Shown: piece after piece, positions 12,509 through 22,452 of the stretch
Layout of the letters: the number at the start of each line of letters is the position of its first letter
Position numbering within the stretch: position 1 is the first letter of the stretch
Source of the DNA: Macrostomum lignano
Lineage: Eukaryota
NCBI GenBank assembly: GCA_002269645.1
Contig: NIVC01001512.1
Location: forward strand, 1 to 64,000
Reading direction: 5' to 3'
DNA: 64,000 bases
Program-made: the position numbers and the translations under genes
The notes under the pieces: generated by a model
What the model was told of the DNA's origin: nothing
The model's database searches: none
What the model saw: only the letters and a program-made list of their open reading frames with translations

Positions 12509-12848
12509 GTCTATCTATCCATCTATCTATATATGGCTCACCTGAGACAAAAAAGCCCAGTGTAAGCGCCGGGTTGATGTGGGCCCCGCTGATGTGTCCC
12601 AGGCTCCAAACAACGCACGCTACAATCAGGCCTGAGGTGAACCCGGCCCGCAGCACCTTGGCGTCAACCGAGAAGCATTCGCTGCCATCGGGACTGATGG
12701 GGAAGTCGATGTTGGGCGCGCAGCAGAAGAACACCAGCAGCAAGGAGCCAACGCACTCTGCTAGGCAGGCCCGCCACAGGCCGCGAGACCGCAGATCGCG
12801 ACTCGAGCTGCTGACCATCCGTCTCAGGAGGCGGCTGGCAGCCGTCAT
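8444..12848 (-). CDS. Aquaporin (MIP family), ~337 aa; exons 12848-12542, 12411-12113, 11352-11272, 8770-8444
   Basis: Contains GHISGAHINPALTLG, AFGMELVLTF, SGSSMNPIRTLGPAV and W|VYIAGPSCGG. All introns are GT-AG with consistent phases (1,0,0); exon 3 is 81 nt. Confidence 0.95.
8873..9584. mobile_element. Foldback/MITE with ~270-bp near-perfect inverted arms (8873-~9140 and ~9320-9584), in aquaporin intron 3
   Basis: Arms are reverse complements (agctttcaaggacgacttaagtag... / ...ctacttaagtcgtccttgaaagct). Related arms occur elsewhere in the window. Confidence 0.88.
10364..10916. mobile_element. MITE-like DNA element with imperfect TIRs and repeated aagtttcggc subterminal motifs
   Basis: ggggcgctttcattaggccgaaa at the left end versus tttcggccttgtgaaagcccccc at the right end; the inner arms (ttgccgaaaaatcattttagcagc / gctgctaaaatgattttt) are also inverted. 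Confidence 0.7.
10925..11200 (+). mobile_element. Partial SINE copy (core shared with the 22.1-22.45 kb SINE)
   Basis: Shares cacattaattt...ccccaaaaggcacag...gtacatgcctgacgat...gtacaccctgtgtgag...gccagggtgc with the other copies. Confidence 0.7.
12445..12530. repeat. (ATCT)n/(GATA)n microsatellite filling aquaporin intron 1
   Basis: Visible tetranucleotide repeat. Confidence 0.95.
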
Positions 12849-15800
12849 GCGGAAACGAAGAAGTCCGGACCGTCTCTTACCGCGTACCGAGGCTGCCTGT
12901 CCGGTCCCTCTTCGAGTTAGAAGAGGCTTAATGGCGTTCCGAATGCAATCTACGGCCGAATAAATAGCAATGCAGAAGCCTGTTCTGGGGCTTGCAGTAC
13001 AGCTGCTAGCTATATGGAGAAGCGCAATGGAATACGGCTGCCTTGGCGTTTGTTTAAGTTATAAAAAACGGTGTCTCAGAGTATACTAGAATGGCAAGTT
13101 TACAATCGCTACTCAGCTAATTTATTGGCCAATAAAAGTGCCAGCTTTGGTCTCTTACTGCGCTGAGATCTCCCTCTTGTTTTTCATTTTAGCTGACGAC
13201 AAAAAAATGAAATCAAATTAAAGACTAGCTAACTTAATATTGTCCACCGTAGCGGCTCAGAATGCTTTACGCTCGTACTATAAATAATTTTATGGTAATG
13301 CAACAGGTTGAGACTTGTGGTCGGTTAATATAGACCCCACGACTGTTAATTGTTGAAAGGAAAAAAGGCATTAACTTGTTGCTATATATACCTGCTATAT
13401 GACCTGCTTTGGTTGCAGTAAGTTGTCTCGTTAACAGTTATTATCTGACTGAGCTATTTGTTGGCTCTTTAGCTGCATGTCATGTCAAAGCGATACCATT
13501 TTTTTTGAGTTTGGAAGATACTGAAAAACTAGATCCTATTGCTGTTAGGAAAACTCCCCAGTAGATTTTACGCTCTGCTCACTGTTCACTGTGCATATCA
13601 CTCGCGACAGCATACAGTTGTGGCTTATCACTGACCGGGGCGAGTCAATATTGTTCGGAATTTTGCGTCAATCAATTTCGATTTTGACACCCATCAAACT
13701 TCTTAAGTCCACGCAAAGGAGATTGCACTTTTAATTCTTATCGCAAATGTGCATGTTAGGTATCTTAGTAGCATGTCATATAAACGTGATAGCCTGTATA
13801 GGTAGATAGCATTTAACTGCACTGAGTACTTTATCAGTAGTCACTTGCTGTCCCTTAAAGACTGCTAAACAGGCCTGAGGTGCCAAGCTCGATCAAATTT
13901 TCGGAGTGAATGGACACAATTGCAAAACCTTTACGAGCCGTAAAATGCATAAAAGTTTTTTTCCGCAAGTCGTAACTTTTAAAGACACCCGTCATTGGGA
14001 ATGCAAGCTGGCTTCTAAAGAAGACAGGCAAGGCATAAATAACTGATTTATTTTTCTATTCCACGTCGAGTCTTGTCAGCTAATCTAAATAGTTATTTAA
14101 TTATTGTTGGATAATAATATTGACAATAATTGCAGGTTGCAAAAGGGCTATGGGCGACATCGTCCTCATACCTTGACAAATAACTAAGCGTTTCGTATGA
14201 GCCCAGCTATTTTCAATTCGATGGCATCTATACGTAAATATACGATCGCAGTCTACAGCGTGTGATATGACAGAGTAGTCGTGTTCAAGATACAAGCGTA
14301 GTCGAAAATCGTAATTATAATCATGATCGTTACTATTAAAAAGCAATCACTTGATTTTATAATCAATAATTAATGATTATAACTCCGGAGGACACAATTA
14401 TTTCTCAATATATAAGATACAGTAGAAGTGATTATTAAAATTAAATATTTTCCATCTTGGTGATGTACATGTACAAAGTAGCATGACACTAAAAGCTACT
14501 GCGTTGACAATCGGATGGCTCGGCCTATCGGACTTCTTTTAGAATAACGATGCGGTGCAGTTGAGAGCACTGGAAGAACTAATAAACTCGACAGGCCGCT
14601 TTGGAGTAGAGCAAAACAGCTGTTTGTCTGCAACAATCTTATCATAAAAGGCAATTACACGAAAAGTAAAAAAACACGTACATGTACATGTACAACACGC
14701 GATTTGTTTTTCTGTGTGGGCCACAACATAACAGTTAAGGTTGTGCGTGCAAGCAGTCAGTCAGGGTGCAGAGGACGAATGAATAAATTTGGCGACTGTA
14801 CTCATCGACAACTTTAGTAGCCCACATGACTATATCAAAAAGTAGAAAATGCGGAATATATAACTAGTGACTATTCAAGGTTCAGCAGGAAGCAAAAAAG
14901 CGGTAATTGCATGTGCAAGCTAGGGGACCTAGCTGTAGGATTTCTAGGGCAAATATAATATTTTGGCTCCCTTTCGTTAACTAGTTTGATGGGTTTCGAC
15001 CTTTCGGCCCCCTTGTGGAGAAGCCTTCGGGCCTCAGGTCTCAGAAATAAATCAATTAGAGTCCTGGCCCCCCACTCCTGTCAGATGGTCAGCCCCATGG
15101 TAGCTTGATCGTGTGGCGAGCAGTCTAGGTCCTAAGAGAGGGACAGCGAGAGACAAGCAGGGAGAATTTTGAAGGTAGTTAAATTAGTTAATCCGCAGAC
15201 TAGCTAACTCGCTGCCACCAGCCCGTACGTCCTGGCTCACCACACCGGGACTCTCGAAATCGGGCTTCCGACTAGAAGGGGCTTTGCACTTACCTGCCAA
15301 CTAGTGTCTTTTTGCTGTCAATCTCGAAGTCATAGCCGATGTTAAGGGACACTGCTGGGACTTGATCGCATTGGCCATGCAGGTACAGAGGGGACTTGTG
15401 CAGGGGATTCTTGCTGTGGCGAAACTATGGGGTAGCTACATGTACTATTACATTGCTAAATACGAAGAATTGTACTTTTGGCCATCAACGCGCCAACCAG
15501 CCTCTCCTAGCGCTGATGATAGGCTAACTCGAACATCAGAGACCGCATGATTCATTACCCGAGCCGCTTGGCGAACCTAGAGTGCACAGAGTACATCTCT
15601 GGTGCCGATTCTGCACTACTGGCTGTTTTGCTCACTGATTTGATAGATTGATCGACTGAGAACTGCCTTGCCATTGGTCCACTGTGACCGGCGTCTACTA
15701 GCTTAGCTACTCATCTGAGCCATCGGCGAACAAAGAAATAAAACCGATAAAAATAACTGTTAGATTTAACCTTCTCCTTAGATCACTTCACACTTCAGAT

Positions 15801-16199
15801 TGAATTGGAGTTTTAGACTACTAGCAGTATTATTGAATGACTTCTGCCTCGATTACAGCACTAATGAACAAAATGAGCAAAAGTGTGCGCCTAATCCAGC
15901 TACTGAAACAGGGGACAGATAAGGAATCAATCAGAAACTCAACAGCCGGAGACCAGGTAATCCACAGTGACTGAATCGGCTTAGTGCTTCGCAGCTGTAG
16001 GCCCGGGATGATGCTGATGTCACAATCTTCGCTGATAGCTAGCAGGTGATGCTCTTCACTTTGACGTTCAATGCTGATGACCGGGGGGATTCGTCCTTGA
16101 TGATGATGGGGGGAAGTCACAATCCGGGGATCAAGAAACGACGGTCAATTCCTGGCCGGTGGAGCCAAGGGTGGCACCCGGTCGCAAGAAGGTTTGCAG

Positions 16200-16450
16200 G
16201 GGTAGCACCCAGAAAGGTGGGGGGGGGGTAGCACCCGGAAAGGTGCGGGGTAGCACCCGGAAAGGTGCGGGATATCACCCGGAAAGGTGCCGTCCGAGCG
16301 GGCCAAAAACACCGGTTTAAATAGCCGCCAACTGGACCGCAGTTTGTTATAATGGGACACGTCGATTCTGATTGGCTGAGCCGATTTGTTAAAATGAGTG
16401 ACGAATTTTCTGATTGGCTAAGCTCGTTGCTACCCAGAATCACGTGACCG
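16200..16450 (-). promoter_or_regulatory. Possible Pol II promoter facing left: two CCAAT boxes, an E-box, TATTTAAA, then four 22-bp hairpin repeats
   Basis: ctgattgg at ~16368 and ~16411, cacgtg at ~16441, tttaaata at ~16316, and gcacc-cggaaa-ggtgc units at 16201-16290. Motif-level evidence only. Confidence 0.3.
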
Positions 16451-17157
16451 GGAGATCCTATCAGTTCCCTCGGGGTCGTAAAAACATGACAGGTGCGGCC
16501 ATAAATCAATCAAAATCGCAACAAAATGATTTATGACTTTTCGCGTAGAATTGACAAAAATTAATGAAAAAAAATACATTAGAAAGCTCTTATTAAATAT
16601 AGAAAGTGAAGATAATGAAGAGAAATCGCTAATCGCTAATCCCAAAGTACTTTTAGGGGTAAAACGCATAGCTGTCAAAACTGTCACACGCTTGAGTGAA
16701 CACGAACAATAGGCCCTGACCTCATAAATCTTGGTGGCCTATCAAAATGATGAGAAAAAAGCTATCATTCGCATCCCCTCAGACCATCTGGCGCCCGCCT
16801 CAACACTGAATGAGGCGCAGGTGGCTGTCAGACCAGCTTCGAAAGCGATGATTTATGACCCAAAAAGCTGCGCCTATGTTCTTATGACTACCATGACCAA
16901 ACATTATATATAGTATAGATTCTATGACAGTTCGCAGAAAAAGGATAAAAATGCCCATTGCCCACTGTTAGTAGGCTAGTAAGTTTAGAGCTCATGTGCT
17001 AGCGCGGGATTTGGAAAAAAGTGCGTACTCATCAAGTTATCGTTATCTATCTTATCTTGGCCACTCTGTATTGCGGCAATAGGGAAGCGCGACAGCTGTT
17101 TTTCGTCACTTGTGTGAAAAAAGCCGACATGGATTGCTTAAATTTTGAGTTCAGTAG

Positions 17158-17339
17158 CAGTAGCGCAACCAGAAATTTTTTGAGGGGGGCAGATTCTGGG
17201 GGGTAAAGTCCCGGGAGGGGGGGGGGCGGAGGGGTGGCTCTATTAATTTTTGGCGAAAATTCGCTTGGTCCCCCCTTTGATTTTTTTGGGTCTCCGCCTA
17301 TGGGGGGGGCGACCGCCCCCCCCCCTGGTTGCGCCACTG
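17158..17339. mobile_element. hAT-type MITE (182 bp) with 8-bp TSD TTCAGTAG
   Basis: TIRs cagtagcgcaaccag / ctggttgcgccactg; TSD at 17150-17157 and 17340-17347. Confidence 0.88.
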
Positions 17340-17347
17340 TTCAGTAG

Positions 17348-17673
17348 TGTGGAGTCTAGCTCCAAATGAATAAGAATAAGATTGTGCACGAGCGTGTGTG
17401 AGCCTCGTAGGCCAGCTCGATCTTGGTTCGTAGCTTCTTACAGAGGCGCCAGGCCTCGGGCTTCTTTATTTATCTCTCTCTACTTCCCAGCTTGGGGGAA
17501 GACAACCGGCAGGCCTATGCTTGTTGGGGGTGCGTGGTGCAGACAGACAGACTTGTGCATAGGACTTGTGCGTGCATTGGCCGTACAGTGATGACTGTAA
17601 CGGCTAGACAAAGACCGGTGCCTGGTGGGACTGAGGAGTGCGAGTACGAGCTAACCGATAGACAGACACTACA
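17348..17673 (-). repeat. 3' LTR of the Gypsy element
   Basis: Direct repeat of 21725-22050, preceded on the minus strand by the PPT GGTAGGGAAGGGGAAAAC; AATAAA lies inside. Confidence 0.95.
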
Positions 17674-17710
17674 GTTTTCCCCTTCCCTACCAAAACGCGA
17701 TTGTCTCTAA

Positions 17711-20700
17711 TCAGTCACATCCGGGAGTTCCCGGTTTAGTGTACAGCAGCCGGTCCGGTTCCTGTCGCGTTCGCGCTGAGCGGTGCATCTGCGGCGATTC
17801 GACGTCCCTCGCCGGCTGGCCCGAATCAACTTCAGGGGCCGAGCTGGCGAACTCCGCGTCGCCGGCCTCATCGCCGGCTCGGTCCGTCACGTCGCCGGTC
17901 TCAGTCGACAGGCGGCTGGCGGCTAGCGGCGTCGGCGTAGTTCGTGGCCGCAGCTGGTCGGCGTGCCGGCGCTCGATGACGCCATCCCGGGTCTCCACTC
18001 GGTAGCTGAGTGGCCCGGTCTGCTCTGTCACCCGGCCTTCCGTCCAACGCTCTGCGCCACGGCGGTAATCCCGCGCCCACACCTGGTCCGGCAGTTGATC
18101 GGCGTGGCGAGCCTTGCGGTCGTGGAGCTTCTTCTGATCTGCCTGAGCACGAAGAACCCGGTCTCGAGTAGACGGCCGCATCAGATCCATGCGCGTCCGC
18201 AGCCCCCGGCCGAGCATGAGCTGCGCCGGGGCCCGGCCAGTGGTTGGGTGTTGTGTGGCGCGGTAGCCAAGCAGCCAGTTCTGCAGTCGCTTGTCGGCGT
18301 TCCCTGCGTCCGCCTGGCTGGACTTCATGGCCCGCTTGAAGCTGCCTACCAGGCGCTCCACCAGGCCGTTGGTCTTCGGGTGGTATGGGCTACTGCGGAT
18401 GTGCTTACTTCCGTTGCTCTTGCAGAAATCTTGAAACTCCGCACTAGCGAAGGCTGGCCCGTTGTCAGACACGATCTGGTGTGGCAGCCCCCACTGGGCG
18501 AAAAGACGCCGCAACCGCTTCACGACCTCAGCGCTTGTAAGACTGCTGACTTGCTCTACGTGTGGCCACTTGGAGTGTGCGTCCACAACTAGAAGATAGT
18601 TCTGGCCCTCCACGGGACCCGCGAAGTCCATGTGGATCCGCTCCCACGGTTGGTCCGGCCAGATCCAGGGGTGAAGTGGCGCCGTAGTCTCCGGCCGCGT
18701 CATCTGGCACTGGCTGCAGGAGCCAGCCAACCGCTCGATGTCTTGATCCAGGCCAGGCCACCACACGAAGCTTCGCGCCACCGATTTCATTCTCACGATG
18801 CCGGCATGATCAGCGTGCAGCTCTTGCAGAACGCGAGATCGCAGTGCCGCAGGGATGACGACCCGCGCCCCCCACAGCAGGCAGCCCTCCTCCAAACTGA
18901 GCTCATGTCGCCGTCGATGGTAAGGCTCTTGACTGCCGCGCCAGGCGTGCGGCCATCCGTCACGCGTGTACCGCAACACCTCCTGGAGGTCGGTGTCTCG
19001 TTGACTGGCGCTAGCAATGTCTTTGGCCAGCAGTGGCCAGTCTTCGCTGCCCTGGCCCTCTTCGTCTGTCCAGAACACCCCTCTGGAGTTGTCGGCTTCC
19101 AACTGGGTCGCCAGGGGTAGCCGTGACAGGAAGTCAGCGTTACCGTGCTGCTTGGTGTTTTTGTAGCGGATGTCGTAGTCGTACGCGGCCAGCGTGAGCG
19201 CCCATCGCTGCAGACGTGCTGCTGCTGTCGCCGAGACGCCGTTTTTCGGTCCAAAGATGCTCGTCAGGGGCTGGTGGTCAGTGATGATGGTGATCTTCTG
19301 GCCGTATGTGTAGTTGTGAAACTTCTTCATGCCAAAGATGATCGCCAGTGCCTCCTTCTCGATCTGAGCGTAATTCTTCTCCGCGGCGTTCAAGCTCCGT
19401 GAGGCGAAGGCGATCGGCTTCTCGGTTCCGTCAGGCACCACGTGGGAGATGACGGCTCCAATGCCGACGGAGGAGGCATCCGCAGCCAGTATCAGCGGCC
19501 AGTCGGGGTTGTAGCAAGTCAGCACGGTGTCTGACGCAAGTGCCTCCTTCAAAGCCTCCCAGGCCGACTGCTGGCTCGCTGTCCACTCCCACGCGGTGTC
19601 CTTGCGAAGAAGCTTGTACAGCGGGGCCGCCTTTGTCGAGAAGTTAGCAACATGCTTGGCGTAGTAGTTTGCCAGACCTAGAAAGGACCGCAACTCGGAC
19701 ACGGTTGTCGGCTTCGGGCTGGCTCTGATGGCCTCGACCTTCTTTGGACTCTTCCGGACCCCTTCGCTGCTAATAAGCGAGCCCAGGTACTCCACCTCGC
19801 TCTCAAAGAACCTGCACTTCTCTAGCTTGAGTCGGAGTCCAGCTTTGCGCAAACGGTTCAGAACCTCCCGCAGATTACTCAGGTGGTCCTCCGAGTTTTT
19901 CCCTGCCACCAAGATGTCGTCAATCCGGCAGCAAGTTGAGCTGGCACCCTGCAGCACAGACTCCATGATCTGCTGGCATAGCGCAGGCGCCGAGCTGACT
20001 CCATATGGAAGTCGCTTGAACTTAAACAGTCCCTTGTGGGTGTTGATGGTGGTCAAGTCTTGGCTGGCCTCGTCCAGTGGAAACTGCAGGTAGCATTCCG
20101 ACAGGTCCAGCTTGGAGAAGATCTTGCCGCCGCCGACCGCGTCGTAGAGCTCCTCTGGCGTCGGCATAGGGTAGTGATCGATCTTCAGCTGCGGGTTCAG
20201 CGTGACCTTGTAGTCACCGCACAGTCTGATGGTCCCGTTTGGCTTGCTTACGGGCACGACCGGAGTCGCCCAGTCGCTATGCCGAACGGGCTCTATCACC
20301 CCTACTTCCTGCATCCGCTGCAACTCCGCGTCGATCTTGGACTTCAGGGCGTACGGCACGGGTCGGGCCTTGCAGAACTTGGGCAGCGCGTCCTCTTGCA
20401 GCCGCAGCTTCACACTGTGCTGGGTGAAGTTGCCCAGGCCCGGCTCGAACACGTCCGCAAACTTCTGCAGCAGGCCGTCCAACTCTGGTGGCGCTGTTGG
20501 CGTAGCTGAGATCTCCGGTGGAACTGGATCGCTGATGGCGAAGATCTCCTTCCAGTTCAGCCGAATGTTCCTTAGCCAGTCCCGGCCCATTAACGGGCTT
20601 GCCTTCTCTAGGCTGGTGACTATCAGGGGCAGCTCGCAAGTCTGCGTGCCGTACTGCACTTCCACATTCGCAGACCCCAGCACTGGGATGCTCTCGCCTG

Positions 20701-21712
20701 TCCAGGTGCGCAGTTGAACCTCGGCGTTCTGTAGTCGCGGCCGACCCAGCTGCTTCCAGTGCTGCTTAGATACGAGGCTGGCGCAAGCTCCGGTGTCCAC
20801 CTGCATCCTCAGCGGTCGCCCGTTGATGTGTAGCTGAGCACTCAGGTGCCTTTCCTTACCGCTGCAGACCTGGGAGATCCACGTCACCTCTGCCGAGTCG
20901 TCGCTTTCCCCGCCGCGGTGCTCCTCGCTCTCGTCTGGGTAAACGGCCCTGATGGACTTTCTGTTCTTGTGGCCACTGAATTTCAAGCCGCTTTGCTGAC
21001 TGCTAGGAGCCCCTCCGGCGCAGGTCTTTTGGCTCGATAGACAGACGGCCTTCAAGTGGCCCAGCTTGCCACAGGCGTGACACTTGGTGTTCCGGTGCTG
21101 GCACTCCGCCGACAGGTGCTGCCTGGAGCCACAGCGCATGCACGGCCGTCGTGGTGACGCGGCTTTACCGACCAAATTGACCTCCGGCTTGGCGCGCCAG
21201 CTGTTGGCCTCCGCTTCCGCGATTTCTGCTGCTTGAGCGATTTCCTTGGCCTTCTCGAGCGTCAGGGTGCTGACAGTCAACAACCGCTTCTGCACTTGCG
21301 GCTCCCGGAGTCCACAGACGAAGCAGTCACGCAATGCGTCTTCCAGAAAAGTTCCGAAGTCGCAGGTCTCCGCCAGACTGCGGAGGGTGGCCAAAAACTG
21401 TGCAGCCGACTCTCCGTCCTTCTGAACTCGCTTGTAGAAGCGAAACCGCTCAGCAATGACCGGCTTCTTTGGCTGGAAGTGGTCCTTGAGTAGCTTTACC
21501 AGCTCTTCGTAGGACAGATCAGAAGGCTTCCCTGGCGAGCACAGATTTCGTAGGGTTGCATAGCATTGGCGGCCGATCAAGGTTAGAAAAACCGCCTTCT
21601 TCTGGCTTTCGTCCTTAATTCTGTTTGCGCTCATATAGAGGGCTACACGTTCCTCGTAGGCGCACCAGTCTTTTCCCTCCTCGAAGGGCTCGACTGTGCC
21701 GATAGCGGACAT
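17711..21712 (-). CDS. Gag-Pol polyprotein (~1333 aa): gag with two CCHC knuckles, aspartic protease, RT, RNase H, integrase
   Basis: Motifs: CMRCGSRQHLSAEC and CHACGKLGHLKAVC; VDTGA; CRIDDILV; ADAS/DFLSRLP; HADH...CSQC; IHMDFAGP, SDNGPAF, GLVERLV. The likely start is MSAIG at 21712 because the track start at 21766 lies inside the LTR. Confidence 0.95.
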   Translation of the reverse strand: MSAIGTVEPFEEGKDWCAYEERVALYMSANRIKDESQKKAVFLTLIGRQCYATLRNLCSPGKPSDLSYEELVKLLKDHFQPKKPVIAERFRFYKRVQKDGESAAQFLATLRSLAETCDFGTFLEDALRDCFVCGLREPQVQKRLLTVSTLTLEKAKEIAQAAEIAEAEANSWRAKPEVNLVGKAASPRRPCMRCGSRQHLSAECQHRNTKCHACGKLGHLKAVCLSSQKTCAGGAPSSQQSGLKFSGHKNRKSIRAVYPDESEEHRGGESDDSAEVTWISQVCSGKERHLSAQLHINGRPLRMQVDTGACASLVSKQHWKQLGRPRLQNAEVQLRTWTGESIPVLGSANVEVQYGTQTCELPLIVTSLEKASPLMGRDWLRNIRLNWKEIFAISDPVPPEISATPTAPPELDGLLQKFADVFEPGLGNFTQHSVKLRLQEDALPKFCKARPVPYALKSKIDAELQRMQEVGVIEPVRHSDWATPVVPVSKPNGTIRLCGDYKVTLNPQLKIDHYPMPTPEELYDAVGGGKIFSKLDLSECYLQFPLDEASQDLTTINTHKGLFKFKRLPYGVSSAPALCQQIMESVLQGASSTCCRIDDILVAGKNSEDHLSNLREVLNRLRKAGLRLKLEKCRFFESEVEYLGSLISSEGVRKSPKKVEAIRASPKPTTVSELRSFLGLANYYAKHVANFSTKAAPLYKLLRKDTAWEWTASQQSAWEALKEALASDTVLTCYNPDWPLILAADASSVGIGAVISHVVPDGTEKPIAFASRSLNAAEKNYAQIEKEALAIIFGMKKFHNYTYGQKITIITDHQPLTSIFGPKNGVSATAAARLQRWALTLAAYDYDIRYKNTKQHGNADFLSRLPLATQLEADNSRGVFWTDEEGQGSEDWPLLAKDIASASQRDTDLQEVLRYTRDGWPHAWRGSQEPYHRRRHELSLEEGCLLWGARVVIPAALRSRVLQELHADHAGIVRMKSVARSFVWWPGLDQDIERLAGSCSQCQMTRPETTAPLHPWIWPDQPWERIHMDFAGPVEGQNYLLVVDAHSKWPHVEQVSSLTSAEVVKRLRRLFAQWGLPHQIVSDNGPAFASAEFQDFCKSNGSKHIRSSPYHPKTNGLVERLVGSFKRAMKSSQADAGNADKRLQNWLLGYRATQHPTTGRAPAQLMLGRGLRTRMDLMRPSTRDRVLRAQADQKKLHDRKARHADQLPDQVWARDYRRGAERWTEGRVTEQTGPLSYRVETRDGVIERRHADQLRPRTTPTPLAASRLSTETGDVTDRAGDEAGDAEFASSAPEVDSGQPARDVESPQMHRSARTRQEPDRLLYTKPGTPGCD

Positions 21713-21724
21713 CCTCGTCGCCAC

Positions 21725-22050
21725 TGTGGAGTCTAGCTCCAAATGAATAAGAATAAGATTGTGCACGAGCGTGTGTGAGCCTCGTAGGCCAGCTCGATCT
21801 TGGTTCGTAGCTTCTTACAGAGGCGCCAGGCCTCGGGCTTCTTTATTTATCTCTCTCTACTTCCCAGCTTGGGGGAAGACAACCGGCAGGCCTATGCTTG
21901 TTGGGGGTGCGGGGTGCAGACAGACAGACTTGTGCATAGGACTTGTGCGTGCATTGGCCGTACAGTGATGACTGTAACGGCTAGACAAAGACCGGTGCCT
22001 GGTGGGACTGAGGAGTGCGAGTACGAGCTAACCGATAGACAGACACTACA
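21725..22050 (-). repeat. 5' LTR of the Gypsy element
   Basis: Followed after 1 nt by the PBS TGGCGACGAGGATG. Confidence 0.95.
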
Positions 22051-22080
22051 AGTAGCTTAGGGACATAGCCGCTATTTTCT

Positions 22081-22452
22081 TTTTTTATTATTTTTTTATT
22101 AGAGGCAGGGGGGTTGTGTGCACCCTGGCGCACTTTAAGCGACATAGCTGCACACAACCGGCGAGAGGCATTACTGCCCATTCCGCCGACTCCCCTGAGA
22201 AGGCATACAAGCGCGCGGATACGTACGCAGGCACACACTCACACAGGAGTGTACAGCGGCCCTAACTTTATTTTATCGTTAAGCATGTACACTTCACTGC
22301 GCCTTGGGGGTTGGCTCTCAAGGCCGTTAATTGCACGAGCAGAGCCAAGCCGAGATTCCAATTCAGCCCCAAATTAATGTGACTGCACTTGGAATCGAGC
22401 CTGGGTCGCTGGCACACCAGAGCAGCTGCGCTACCGCTGGGCTACGGCCCCC
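22081..22452 (-). mobile_element. Full-length tRNA-derived SINE (~370 bp) with A-rich tail and 11-bp TSD
   Basis: Minus-strand head GGGGCCGTAGCCCAGCGG (A box)...GGCTCGATTCC (B box); A-rich tail; TSD cgctattttct at 22070-22080 and 22453-22463. Confidence 0.88.

Larger units (their letters stand above)
17348..22050 (-). mobile_element. Full-length Ty3/Gypsy LTR retrotransposon (Mag-like)
   Basis: LTRs at 17348-17673 and 21725-22050 (326 bp, TG...CA, one visible mismatch). TSD AGTAG at 17343-47 and 22051-55. PBS at 21710-21723, PPT at 17674-17691, and an intact gag-pol ORF. Confidence 0.97.

Noticed and set aside
14988-15022. Hammerhead-like GGCC-GAAA-GGTC-GAAAC on the minus strand
   Set aside because: The obligatory CUGANGA core upstream of stem II is absent (reads CACAAGG).
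15720-16490. Possible solo LTR (TGTCATG...CTAACA on the minus strand)
   Set aside because: The flanks (gcacc vs gttat) do not form a TSD and there is no second copy in the window.
21713-21766. ORF-track N-terminus MHNLILIHLELDSTVATR of gag-pol
   Set aside because: It starts at a GTG inside the 5' LTR; the first ATG after the LTR is at 21712.
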